Below are positions 51,839 through 61,661 of a DNA stretch of 64,000 nt, piece after piece. How positions within the stretch are numbered: the stretch's first letter is position 1; every line of letters begins with the position of its first letter. Made by a program: the position numbers and the translations under genes. Source of the stretch: an uncultured bacterium. GTDB lineage: Bacteria; Oederibacteriota; PGYV01; CAWJRG01. The stretch covers positions 160,001-224,000 of the forward strand of contig CAWJRG010000009.1 of the NCBI GenBank assembly GCA_963845185.1, read 5' to 3'. The notes under the pieces were generated by a model. It was given only the letters and a program-made list of their open reading frames with translations, did no database searches and was not told where the DNA came from.

Positions 51839-53302
51839 TTGAAAAAAATTTACATCAATGTCGAGGATTTCGACACGTCCGTCGCCATAGTGGAGGACGA
51901 AAAACTCATTAATTTTTTCATTGAAAAAAACACGTTCGCCAAAACCGGCAACATATACAAGGGCAAGATTTCAAAAGTCGTCTCCAACATGAATTTTGTT
52001 TTTGTGAACATAGGCGACAAAAAGCCGGCTTTCCTTTCCGAAAAAGAATATTTTGATTCTGAAGGCGACGAGTTCAGGGAAATATTCGGGGATGAGGATG
52101 ACGGGGTGGATATTAAGCCGCAGGCCAGCATAATCGGTATTTTTGAGAAAGGCCAGGAGCTTATAGTCCAGGCGATAAAAGAGTCCTACCACACAAAAGG
52201 CGTCAGGCTTACCACAAACATAACTTTTCCGGGGCATTATGTGGTTTACGGGCCTTTTTTAAAGCACATTGGCATATCAAAAAGGATATTAAACGACGCT
52301 GAAAGAAAAAGGCTGCGCGGCATAGTCGAGCAGTTAAGAGACGAAATGAAGGAGGATTTTGGGGTCATAATAAGGACGCAGGCGCAGGGAGTGTCAAAAG
52401 ACGAGCTTGAAAGGGAAATAAAGTATTACATCGAGCTGTGGAAGCAGATTAAAGAGGATTTTAAAAAGAACAAAGCCCCTCTGCTTTTGTACAAAGAGCA
52501 TGGCCTGGCGGTCCGGGTTTTGCGGGAATATATGGATGACAGCGTGGAGGAAATAGTTGTGGATTCAGTGGAAGTTTGCAACGAAATGGAGTCTTACGCC
52601 CATAGCATCTACAAAAAAAACATAAACATCAAGTCGTACGCAGGGGCGAGCTCGATTTTTGAGTATTACAACATTAAAAACCAGGTGGACAACCTGCACA
52701 AAAACATAGTTTCTTTCAAAAAAGGCGGGTATATAAAAATCGACGTGACCGAGGCACTTACGGTTTTTGATGTAAACAGCGGCAAATTTAAGGGTATGGA
52801 CGACATGGAGGACGGCTTGCTCTTGATGAATGAGAACGCTGCAAAAGAGGTGGCCCGGCAGATAGTTTTAAGGAATATCGGCGGCATAATCGTTGTTGAT
52901 TTTATCGACATGCTAAAAGACGAGAACAAGGTAAAAATAAAAAAGATAGTTGAGACCGAACTCGGAAAAAGCAAGTCGACTTTTTTGGTTTCGGAAATAA
53001 GCCAGTTCGGGCTCATGGAAATAACCAGAAAAAGGGCGGTAAACCGGATAGAGGACATGTTTTTTGAAGAATGCCCGTGTTGCAAGGGCAGGGGCAGGGT
53101 TTTGAATAAAGAAGGCATGGTAATCGACGCCCTGAAAAAGATAAAGTACACATGCAAAAAAGAGCCGGGCAGGAACATTGTAGTCCAGCTGTCACCGGAC
53201 ATAAAACGAGAACTGGAAAAGGAATATAAGGACAAAATAAAAGAATATGAAAGAAAATATTTAAAGAAAATAACAATCAAGGAAGAGAAGGTCAAGAGTT
53301 GA
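51839..53302 (+). CDS. rng: Ribonuclease G (RNase E/G family)
   Basis: GNIYKGKI S1 domain, EALTVFDVNSG, LRNIGGIIVVDFIDM, CPCCKGRG. Confidence 0.92.
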   Translation: MKKIYINVEDFDTSVAIVEDEKLINFFIEKNTFAKTGNIYKGKISKVVSNMNFVFVNIGDKKPAFLSEKEYFDSEGDEFREIFGDEDDGVDIKPQASIIGIFEKGQELIVQAIKESYHTKGVRLTTNITFPGHYVVYGPFLKHIGISKRILNDAERKRLRGIVEQLRDEMKEDFGVIIRTQAQGVSKDELEREIKYYIELWKQIKEDFKKNKAPLLLYKEHGLAVRVLREYMDDSVEEIVVDSVEVCNEMESYAHSIYKKNINIKSYAGASSIFEYYNIKNQVDNLHKNIVSFKKGGYIKIDVTEALTVFDVNSGKFKGMDDMEDGLLLMNENAAKEVARQIVLRNIGGIIVVDFIDMLKDENKVKIKKIVETELGKSKSTFLVSEISQFGLMEITRKRAVNRIEDMFFEECPCCKGRGRVLNKEGMVIDALKKIKYTCKKEPGRNIVVQLSPDIKRELEKEYKDKIKEYERKYLKKITIKEEKVKS

Positions 53303-53340
53303 AGCGATAATAAATTTACCTGAAATAAAAATTCGGATTA

Positions 53341-53381
53341 AAAGGGCGGTGCGCAGTGTATTGCATCGCCCTTTATTTTTT
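53341..53381 (+). terminator. Intrinsic terminator after rng (possibly bidirectional)
   Basis: AAAGGGCGGTGCG...TGCATCGCCCTTT then a T-tract. Confidence 0.75.
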
Positions 53382-53622
53382 GTTAAAAAAGGTGTATAAT
53401 TTAGATAGAATACCACTTGTCCTCGGCTGATGGCCTCGGACTGGAACGGGTATAAGAGTCCATAAGATTTTACCTTCACAAAAGATATGCTCGGCAAAAT
53501 CAACGGATTCTTGGGAGGTTAAAAAGAATGTTCGGGCACACCTTAAATTCTCTACTTGCCTATGAGCCAAAAACTCCCCCGAGTTCTGAACCTTTACAAA
53601 CAATTATTTTAAAAAAGTACCT

Positions 53623-53650
53623 GGAACATTTTTTTATATAAATTGTCTAA
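53623..53650 (+). promoter_or_regulatory. Putative ECF-sigma promoter GGAAC-N17-GTCTAA
   Basis: Matches 5173-5200 in motif and spacing; 25 nt before the ATG at 53676. Confidence 0.55.
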
Positions 53651-53675
53651 TTAATAGCGGGAAAGCGAGGAAGCG

Positions 53676-54404
53676 ATGAGTAATAAAAAGATATCTATAG
53701 TAATTGCATTTTTCACAGTTGTTTTTTCATTTTACCTGTACGCGGACAATTATAAATTCGGGTTCCCTTTGCATGGCACTCAAGCGTCGGATTCCGTATC
53801 CCTGGATACTATGAGAAAAATAGCCTTGAAATCTGCTGTATCCGTATGGGGACAGGCAGTGCTGGTGGCGGAAATACCGTGCTGCGGCCTGGACGGCGTA
53901 GAATCTTTTTATTATTTTGTCTTCAGGATAGACGGCGGCACTGCCGGGGATTACTCAACAATCACATCAGAAGTCATCCAAGGGAGATATGATTATAAAA
54001 AAATAATGAATTCCCCTATTAGCGATAAAAAGGAATATTATACGAAACTCCTGGATGCAAAAAAAAGGAAATGGGGCATAGGGAAGTACGGGACTGTTGT
54101 AGTGTCATGCAGGCTGTCATTCGTGCCTGTGCCCGAGTTTATACATGGCCTGCCGCCTTTCTATACCGTACTCGATATTATGGTGTTGCAATGCCCGCCG
54201 GGGGCAACGCTTACGAGAATTTATTATATTACGCCCATGGATCAGTTTTATGAATTTTCCTCAGGCGGCAAAAGCACGGTGGTTGACGGCCTGTCGCTAA
54301 AACTTGAGGGTATGGACGGCCTCAAAAAAAGATACTCCGGCTTCATGCCTTTTAATGGCGATGATAAATATTTTAAAAAAGAATGGGCACGCTATGGGCG
54401 TTAA
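53676..54404 (+). CDS. Exported hypothetical protein, possible protease propeptide/inhibitor partner
   Basis: Signal peptide; stop overlaps the start of the downstream protease gene. Confidence 0.7.
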   Translation: MSNKKISIVIAFFTVVFSFYLYADNYKFGFPLHGTQASDSVSLDTMRKIALKSAVSVWGQAVLVAEIPCCGLDGVESFYYFVFRIDGGTAGDYSTITSEVIQGRYDYKKIMNSPISDKKEYYTKLLDAKKRKWGIGKYGTVVVSCRLSFVPVPEFIHGLPPFYTVLDIMVLQCPPGATLTRIYYITPMDQFYEFSSGGKSTVVDGLSLKLEGMDGLKKRYSGFMPFNGDDKYFKKEWARYGR

Positions 54405-57400
54405 AAAAACCTTCCTCATATCAGCCTTTATATTTTTGTGCGTATTTTTATTGCGTGCGGATTACCATTATATACCTTATATGGACGGGGAAGACATGAC
54501 ACTCATGCCTGCCTTTATTTGGTACGCCGGGTGCGGCCCGACATCGGCGTGCATGGTATTGGGATACTGGGATAATTACAGTGCTATGGGTGGAGGAACC
54601 TACGGCAAGAACATAAATTACGGCAAATTGATACAATATTATATGGATGAAACAGCTTTACAGACGCTAAACGGGTTCGATGGTTTTCCGTATACGTGGC
54701 TTGCCATGGTCGATAATGTGCCAACGGCAAGAACACAATACGAATTGGCGTGTTATATGCATGCTGATGGTGCGGGCGGCGTAGGCGCTGGTATGGAAAC
54801 GGTTGGAATGGAAACTGTGGCGGGCCTAAGAGGATATACCGATGCGACCAGTACTTATGTATTTGGAAATGCGGATAATGACTGGGCATGGCAGAACCTT
54901 GTGAATTCCATTAACAGCGGGCAGCCATGCATATGGACAAATGTTCCTGTAACAAGCCCGCTACAGGGCCATGATATGGCAGCATGGGGATATAATGACG
55001 ACAAGTATGTCATGGTTTATAACACCTGGGATGAAATGCGCCATGATTATTATTATCAATATTATGTCGGAATGACCAGCGTGGCCAATGTGGAAACAGG
55101 TGTGGCAACATTTAATCCAGGAACTATGGGTATGGATTCTGATGTGGAGCTTTTTTTACCTAATGGAGGAGATGCATGGGCAAATAATATCCCTCAAAGC
55201 ATACACTGGCAGCAGTATGGCCCAAGCATTGATACAGTGAATATATTTTATTCCCAGGACGGCGGGCTGGACTGGTCACAAATAACATCCACGGCCAGCG
55301 TTACAGGAGACAATTATTTTACATGGACCCCTCCCGGGACAATAAATTCGTCAAGAATGAGGGTAAGGATAGAAGGGTGGTCGGGAGGCGGGAACGGGCT
55401 GCATTACGGCGATGACGGAAGCAAACTGAATTTTTCGTGCCTGGCACCGACATGTACAGTGACGCCTGTAATGACGCCGACAACTACACCGATATTTTCT
55501 GTTACGTTTGTAGTGTCTCCAACAGACACACCGACGGCAACGATAACAGTTATGCCTACTGTTCCAACAATACTATCCAGCCCAACGCCTTGTTTCATAA
55601 CCCAGTGGGGTAGTCAAGGCAGCGGTAACGGGCAGTTTTACTTTCCTACAGGTGTTGCTATAGACAACAGCGGAAACATATATGTTGCAGACCAAATTAA
55701 TAACAGGATCGAAGAATTCAGCAGCAACGGCATATATATAACGCAATGGGGCAGCACCGGAACAGGCAGCGGACAGCTTGATTATCCTGAAGGACTGACG
55801 ATAGACAGCAGCGGAAACGTGTATATTGCAGATACCTATAATAACAGGATAGAAAAATTCAGCGGCGCGGGCACTTATATAACTCAATGGGGCAGCAATG
55901 GCACCGCTAACAGCCAGTTTAATTATCCTTACGGAGTAGCGGCAGACAGCAATGGGAACATATATGTTACAGACAAGGATAACGACAGAATACAAAAATT
56001 CAGCAGTACAGGCACATATATAATGCAATGGGGAAGTTTTGGAGGCGGCAATGGGCAGTTTAATAATCCTTATGGAATAGCAGTGGACAGCAGCGGAAAC
56101 GTGTATGTAGTGGACAGGGGAAATTTCAGGGTTCAAAAATTCGACAGTACCGGGACATATATAACACAATGGGGCAGTAAAGGATACTTCGGCGGTGTAC
56201 AGCTTGATTACCCGCAGGGAATAGCTCTTGACAGCGGCGGGAACGTATATGTAGCAGACTGGGCGAGTGAAAGGATACAGGAATACAGCAGTACGGGCAC
56301 ATTTATAACCCAGTGGGGCAGATACGGCACCGGTATAGGGCAGTTTAACGGCCTTTATGGAATAGCATTGGACGGCAACGGAGATGTGTATGTAGCAGAT
56401 GAGGCCAATTATAGAATCCAGGAATTTGGCTTTTGTGGAAGCCCTTCGCCGACAATAACATTAACGGCAACATATACATCTACTGCAATATCTGATTTTA
56501 CACCAACAATAACGCCAACATACGCTCCAACTTTAGCATCCGGGCCTACTCCTTGTTTTATTCTTAAATGGGGAGTTACCGGAAGCGGCAATGGGCAATT
56601 TCATGGTTCTGAAGGAGTAGCGGTAGACAGCAGCGGAAATGTTTATGTTTCGGATGCAGGTAACAGCAGAATACAAAAATTCAGCAGCACAGGCACATAT
56701 ATAACGCAATGGGGAATTTTGGGAAACGGGAACGGGCAGTTTAATGCCCCTCGTGGAGTAGCAATAGATAGCAGCGGAAACGTGTATGTTGCAGACGGTA
56801 TGAATTACAGAATACAAAAATTCAGCAGTACAGGCACATATATAACCCAATGGGGTGGTGTCAATGGAACTGGCAATGGGCAATTTGATGTTCCCTACGG
56901 AGTAGCAGTAGATAGCAGCGGAAATGTGTATGTTACAGACATGGATAATAATAGAATTCAAAAATTTGACAGTACAGGCACATATATAACGCAATGGGGA
57001 AGTAGTCGTTTCAATCCAGGAAGCGGCGATGGACAGTTGAACGGTCCTTTGGGAATAGCTGTAGACAGTAGCGAAAATGTGTATGTTGCAGATACGGGGA
57101 ATAGCAGAATAGAAAAATTTAGTAATACCGGAACATATATAACACAATGGGGTAGTATTGGAACTAACCCTGGACAATTTACTAATCCTTATGGAGTAGC
57201 AGCAGATAATAGTGAAAATATATTTGTTACAGATTGGATGAATAACAACATTCAGGAATTTAGTAACACAGGAATATATATAACACAATGGGGTGGACTT
57301 CCTACTGGAGCTGTTAACGGACAATTAAACCGTCCCAATGGAGTAGCGCTGGACAGCAGCGGATATATATATATTGCAGATACACAGAATAACAGAGTTC

Positions 57401-58968
57401 AAAAATTTGGCTCATGCGGCACGCCTACGCCGACTGTAGAAGCAACGCCTTCAGTTACACAAACCATAACTGAAACAGCAACGATGACGCAAACTGCAAC
57501 TATGACATTCACCATGACACAGACATACACAGCAACACCTGCAGTGTCAGCGACAGACACACCGACAATAACCCCGACATACACTGCAACTTTAATATCA
57601 GGGCCCGCGCCCTGTTTCATCCTTGACTGGGGAGCACCCGGGGCAGACAACGGGCAGTTTAATAATCTTAATGGAGTTGCAGCAGACGGCAGCGGTAATG
57701 TATATGTATCAGACTCCGGCAACAACAGGATTGAGGAATTCAGCAGTACAGGCGCGTATATAACACAATGGGGCAGTACCGGAGCCGGCATGGGGCAGTT
57801 TAACAGTCCTATAGGAATAGCAATAGACAGCAACGGAAGCCTGTATGTTTCAGATTCTGAAAATTACAGGATACAAAAATTTAACAATACAGGCATGTAC
57901 ATGACCCAGTGGGGAAGCCAGGGGACCGGAAACGGGCAGTTTAGCAGCCCTGCCGGACTGGCAGTAAACAGCAACGGAAACGTGTATGTTGCAGACGCAG
58001 GGAATAATAGAATAGAAGAGTTCAGCAGCGCAGGGGCGTATGTCACCCAGTGGGGCAGTTCCGGAAGCGGAAACGGACAGTTTTACATTCCTGCCGGGGT
58101 TGCTATAGACAACAGCGGAAACATATATGTTGTAGACATGGATAATAACAGGATTCAGGAATTCAGCGGTACAGGCGCATATATAACCCAGTTTGGCGGG
58201 GCCGGAATCGGAAATGGGCAGCTTTTTTACCCCAAAGGATTAGCAATAGACAGCAACGGAAACATATATGTATCAGACAACATGAATAATAGAATCGAAG
58301 AATTCGGCAGCGATGAAACTTATTTTACACAATGGGGCGATTACGGGAGCGGCGCGGGGCAGTTTAATATGCCTGCTGGAATTGCAGTTGATAACAGTGG
58401 AAATGTATATGTTGCAGATGTTAACAATTACAGAGTTCAAAAATTTGGCTCATGTGGCAGTCCTACAGCAACTCCAACGTTAACGCCTTCATTAACACAA
58501 ACAATGATTGCAACAGGGACAATGACATGTTCAAGTACAGTATCTCCAACCTCTACATATACAAAAACTCCGACAAGTACAAACACAACTAGTCCTACTC
58601 CAACAATGACAATAACTCAAACATTGACACAGACTGTCACCTTTACTATAACACCGACAAAAACAATGATTCCTGCGTCTTTTCGTTTTAAACTTATAAC
58701 AAATTCTCCAAACCCTGCGAATGACTATACTTATATTATCTATGAGCTCGGCGAGGAAGCGGATGTGAACGTGAAGATATATACAATAAGCGGGGAAAAA
58801 GTAACCACACTTGAGCAGCAAGGCTCGCAGGGAACAAACAGTATTAGATGGGATTGCAAAAATTTCGCAGGCAAGGATGTCGCAAGCGGGATATATATAT
58901 ATAGAATTGAAGCAATATCAGGCAGCAATAAGGCAAAAGCGTGGGGTAAGCTGGCAGTGCTGCGTTAA
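54394..58968 (+). CDS. Secreted papain-like (C39-like/C10) Cys protease with Ig-like domain, three six-bladed NHL propellers, Thr-rich linkers and FlgD-Ig/T9SS-type tail
   Basis: Signal peptide from ATG 54394; GCGPTSACMVLGYW, GHDMAAWGY, VYNTW; PNGG; 18 NHL repeats; NSPNP...WDCKN..VASGIYIY..KLAVLR. Confidence 0.85.
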   Translation: MGVKKTFLISAFIFLCVFLLRADYHYIPYMDGEDMTLMPAFIWYAGCGPTSACMVLGYWDNYSAMGGGTYGKNINYGKLIQYYMDETALQTLNGFDGFPYTWLAMVDNVPTARTQYELACYMHADGAGGVGAGMETVGMETVAGLRGYTDATSTYVFGNADNDWAWQNLVNSINSGQPCIWTNVPVTSPLQGHDMAAWGYNDDKYVMVYNTWDEMRHDYYYQYYVGMTSVANVETGVATFNPGTMGMDSDVELFLPNGGDAWANNIPQSIHWQQYGPSIDTVNIFYSQDGGLDWSQITSTASVTGDNYFTWTPPGTINSSRMRVRIEGWSGGGNGLHYGDDGSKLNFSCLAPTCTVTPVMTPTTTPIFSVTFVVSPTDTPTATITVMPTVPTILSSPTPCFITQWGSQGSGNGQFYFPTGVAIDNSGNIYVADQINNRIEEFSSNGIYITQWGSTGTGSGQLDYPEGLTIDSSGNVYIADTYNNRIEKFSGAGTYITQWGSNGTANSQFNYPYGVAADSNGNIYVTDKDNDRIQKFSSTGTYIMQWGSFGGGNGQFNNPYGIAVDSSGNVYVVDRGNFRVQKFDSTGTYITQWGSKGYFGGVQLDYPQGIALDSGGNVYVADWASERIQEYSSTGTFITQWGRYGTGIGQFNGLYGIALDGNGDVYVADEANYRIQEFGFCGSPSPTITLTATYTSTAISDFTPTITPTYAPTLASGPTPCFILKWGVTGSGNGQFHGSEGVAVDSSGNVYVSDAGNSRIQKFSSTGTYITQWGILGNGNGQFNAPRGVAIDSSGNVYVADGMNYRIQKFSSTGTYITQWGGVNGTGNGQFDVPYGVAVDSSGNVYVTDMDNNRIQKFDSTGTYITQWGSSRFNPGSGDGQLNGPLGIAVDSSENVYVADTGNSRIEKFSNTGTYITQWGSIGTNPGQFTNPYGVAADNSENIFVTDWMNNNIQEFSNTGIYITQWGGLPTGAVNGQLNRPNGVALDSSGYIYIADTQNNRVQKFGSCGTPTPTVEATPSVTQTITETATMTQTATMTFTMTQTYTATPAVSATDTPTITPTYTATLISGPAPCFILDWGAPGADNGQFNNLNGVAADGSGNVYVSDSGNNRIEEFSSTGAYITQWGSTGAGMGQFNSPIGIAIDSNGSLYVSDSENYRIQKFNNTGMYMTQWGSQGTGNGQFSSPAGLAVNSNGNVYVADAGNNRIEEFSSAGAYVTQWGSSGSGNGQFYIPAGVAIDNSGNIYVVDMDNNRIQEFSGTGAYITQFGGAGIGNGQLFYPKGLAIDSNGNIYVSDNMNNRIEEFGSDETYFTQWGDYGSGAGQFNMPAGIAVDNSGNVYVADVNNYRVQKFGSCGSPTATPTLTPSLTQTMIATGTMTCSSTVSPTSTYTKTPTSTNTTSPTPTMTITQTLTQTVTFTITPTKTMIPASFRFKLITNSPNPANDYTYIIYELGEEADVNVKIYTISGEKVTTLEQQGSQGTNSIRWDCKNFAGKDVASGIYIYRIEAISGSNKAKAWGKLAVLR

Positions 58969-59127
58969 AGCATATGTAAAAGTTCCTAATTATAAGGTTA
59001 AAATGGGGTGTTCGCTTTTAATTTCTAAATAATATACTCAATAAAGACAGAATTTTGATTGGTGATAATTATAATTGTAAATTAAGGTATAATATGTTAT
59101 TTTATGTAAAAAAGGAGGTTGCGGTTA

Positions 59128-60108
59128 ATGGTAGTAGTGACAGGCGGAGCAGGATTCATCGGCAGCGCCATAGTGGCAGGCCTCAATGCAAGGGGCATGA
59201 AAGATATAATTATTGTGGATGTGCTGGACGAGACTGAAAAGTGGAAAAACCTGGTAAATTTAAAATTCGCAGAATACGAAGACAGGGACGGATTCATAAA
59301 AGGGATAGTATATGATGAAAAAGAATACAGGGATTCCATAGAAGGCATAATTCACATGGGGGCCTGCTCCTCAACTACCGAAAAAAACGCCGCGTTTTTA
59401 ATGGAAAATAATTATAAATACAGCCAGTACCTTGCCGAGTGGTGCGCCAGGAACGATAAGAAATTCGTATACGCTTCAAGCGGTGCTACATATGGAGACG
59501 GAAAATTAGGTTTTTCCGACGACCATGCAATTACCGAAAGGTTGAGGCCGCTTAATATGTATGGTTATTCAAAACACTTATTTGATTTATGGGCGATCAG
59601 GGCAGGAATTATAGAGAAGGCAGCAGGCCTGAAATATTTTAACGTTTATGGCCCAAACGAGTACCATAAGTCGGACATGCGAAGCGTAGCGCACAAAGCT
59701 TTTGGCCAGATAAAATCAGAAGGTAAATTAAGACTCTTTAAATCATATAAGGAAGGCATAAAAGACGGCGGTCAGATGAGGGACTTTATTTATATAAAGG
59801 ACGCAGTCAATATGACACTTTTTATCTATGATAACAATTTAAAAGGGCTCATTAATGTCGGTACTGGCAAAGCAAGAAGTTTTTATGACATGGCAATTGC
59901 TATTTTTAAAGCAATGGGCAGGGAAACAAATATAGAATATATAGATATGCCTGGGGATATAAAGGATAAATACCAGTATTTTACTGAAGCAGACATGGGA
60001 AAACTTATTAAAACCGCTAAATATCAAGAGAAAATTTTTTCGCTTGAAGAGGGAATTGAGGATTATGTAAAGAGTTATTTGATGATGGAAGACCAGTATT
60101 TGAAGTAA
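59128..60108 (+). CDS. hldD: ADP-L-glycero-D-manno-heptose 6-epimerase
   Basis: VTGGAGFIGS, HMGACSSTTE, YASSGATYG, PLNMYGYSK, KYFNVYGPNEYHK, KYQYFTEA. Confidence 0.95.
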   Translation: MVVVTGGAGFIGSAIVAGLNARGMKDIIIVDVLDETEKWKNLVNLKFAEYEDRDGFIKGIVYDEKEYRDSIEGIIHMGACSSTTEKNAAFLMENNYKYSQYLAEWCARNDKKFVYASSGATYGDGKLGFSDDHAITERLRPLNMYGYSKHLFDLWAIRAGIIEKAAGLKYFNVYGPNEYHKSDMRSVAHKAFGQIKSEGKLRLFKSYKEGIKDGGQMRDFIYIKDAVNMTLFIYDNNLKGLINVGTGKARSFYDMAIAIFKAMGRETNIEYIDMPGDIKDKYQYFTEADMGKLIKTAKYQEKIFSLEEGIEDYVKSYLMMEDQYLK

Positions 60109-60187
60109 TAATCGGGAAACGGGAAGCGGGAATTGTGATTCGGGAAATGAAAATTATTTTTAAATGAGAAAAAAGGAGGAAAATAAA

Positions 60188-60508
60188 ATGAAAAATTTCA
60201 TTATAATTTTGCTTTTGATTGCCGGAATATGGTTTGTTTATACCAAAATCATGGAAAATCAGCCGAAAAAGGAAGTAAACGCAGCGACAAATTACGCGGA
60301 TAACCTGAAAAAAAGCGAGGAAAAAGCAGAAGCTGCAAAAAACACAGCCAATCTTACCGTGATAAAACAAGCAATAACTGCGTTCAAGGGCACTGAGGGA
60401 AGATTTCCAGCAAACCTCGATGAACTTACGACAAAAAACTATATTGACCGCATACCTCAGGGTGATTACAATTACGACCCTGCGACAGGAGAAGTAAGCT
60501 TTAAATAA
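60188..60508 (+). CDS. Small membrane-anchored protein with pseudopilin-G-like C-terminus
   Basis: RBS AAGGAGG; N-terminal TM; IKQAITAF..EGRFPANLDEL...YNYDPATGEV. Confidence 0.6.
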   Translation: MKNFIIILLLIAGIWFVYTKIMENQPKKEVNAATNYADNLKKSEEKAEAAKNTANLTVIKQAITAFKGTEGRFPANLDELTTKNYIDRIPQGDYNYDPATGEVSFK

Positions 60509-60627
60509 TCTCGGGTTAAGGGTTTCGAACTCAAAGCAACGGTTTTCTCTTTACAAAATACATTTTTGGAATATAATACTTATAGATTCAATTTAACCCC
60601 TTAAAAAACAGCAAAAGGAGGCAAATT

Positions 60628-61632
60628 ATGCCCACATTTATGGAAACTATTTATGAAAAAGCAAAGAAAAACCCTAAAAAAGTAGTATTCCCTGAAGGTA
60701 ATGACGAAAGGACGGTTGAAGCTGCGGTAAAAGCCACACAAATGGGACTTGCGAAAGTCGCAATGATTGGAACACCGGATAAAATAAAAGAAATTGCAAA
60801 AGCAAAATCTTTTGACTTAAAGGGGATTGAAATCATAGATTTAGTTAACCTGCCGAACGTTGACGCTTACGCAAAAGAATTTCTTGATTTGAGAAAAGGC
60901 AAGTGCCCGTCAATGGATGATGCACTTGCTACCATGAAAAAAGACGTGTATTACGGCGCCATGATGGTGAGAAAGGGGATTGCGGATACTTTTGTCGCCG
61001 GAGCTGTCAATACGACATCCGATGTTTCAAGGGCGGCAATTTACCTTATAGGAATGAAGCAGGGCATAAAAACGCTTTCCAGTTTTTTTGTAATGATACT
61101 GCCTGACAAATCATTCGGCAAGGACGGCATACTTTTTTACTCTGACGGCGGATTTGTAATAGACCCGACAGACGAGCAACTCGCGGACATAGCCGTAACA
61201 ACAGGTGCCACATACAGGGAACTTATGGGAGAAGAGCCTAGAGTTGCCCTGCTTTCTTTTTCTACAAAAGGAAGCGCGAAGCACGAACGCATTGATAAAG
61301 TAACAAGGGCGCTGGCAATAGCCAAAAAGATTGACCCCACGCTTATAATAGACGGCGAGATGCAGGGAGATGCCGCGCTCATACCGGCTGTCGGCGCGAA
61401 AAAAGCACCGGGCTCGCCTGTGGCAGGCAAGGCGACGGTTTTGATATTTCCGGACCTTGACTCAGGTAATATAGCCTACAAATTAACCGAGCGCCTGGCA
61501 AAAGCCGAGGCATACGGCCCGATATACCAGGGAACATCAAAACCATGCAGTGATTTGTCGCGCGGGTGCAAGGCGTCGGATATAATGAACGTGGCAGCGA
61601 TAAATGTGGTAAGATTGCAGAATATGAAATAA
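60628..61632 (+). CDS. pta: Phosphate acetyltransferase
   Basis: VFPEG, VALLSFSTKGS, DGEMQGDAA, IFPDLDSGNIAYK, DLSRG; next to ackA. Confidence 0.97.
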   Translation: MPTFMETIYEKAKKNPKKVVFPEGNDERTVEAAVKATQMGLAKVAMIGTPDKIKEIAKAKSFDLKGIEIIDLVNLPNVDAYAKEFLDLRKGKCPSMDDALATMKKDVYYGAMMVRKGIADTFVAGAVNTTSDVSRAAIYLIGMKQGIKTLSSFFVMILPDKSFGKDGILFYSDGGFVIDPTDEQLADIAVTTGATYRELMGEEPRVALLSFSTKGSAKHERIDKVTRALAIAKKIDPTLIIDGEMQGDAALIPAVGAKKAPGSPVAGKATVLIFPDLDSGNIAYKLTERLAKAEAYGPIYQGTSKPCSDLSRGCKASDIMNVAAINVVRLQNMK

Positions 61633-61661
61633 ATTTTTAAAACGAAAACCGGAGGAATATC

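Noticed and set aside
53420..53445. Fluoride riboswitch or HDV-like ribozyme (GCTGATGGCCTC, TCCTCG)
   Set aside because: The required upstream pairing partner (GAGGCC) is absent and the downstream genes do not fit.
53480..53600. 6S RNA or cyclic-dinucleotide riboswitch
   Set aside because: Only scattered short matches; no closing 6S stem and no GACGCAAA or CCCGNCAGCTAAC core. Left as an unassigned candidate.
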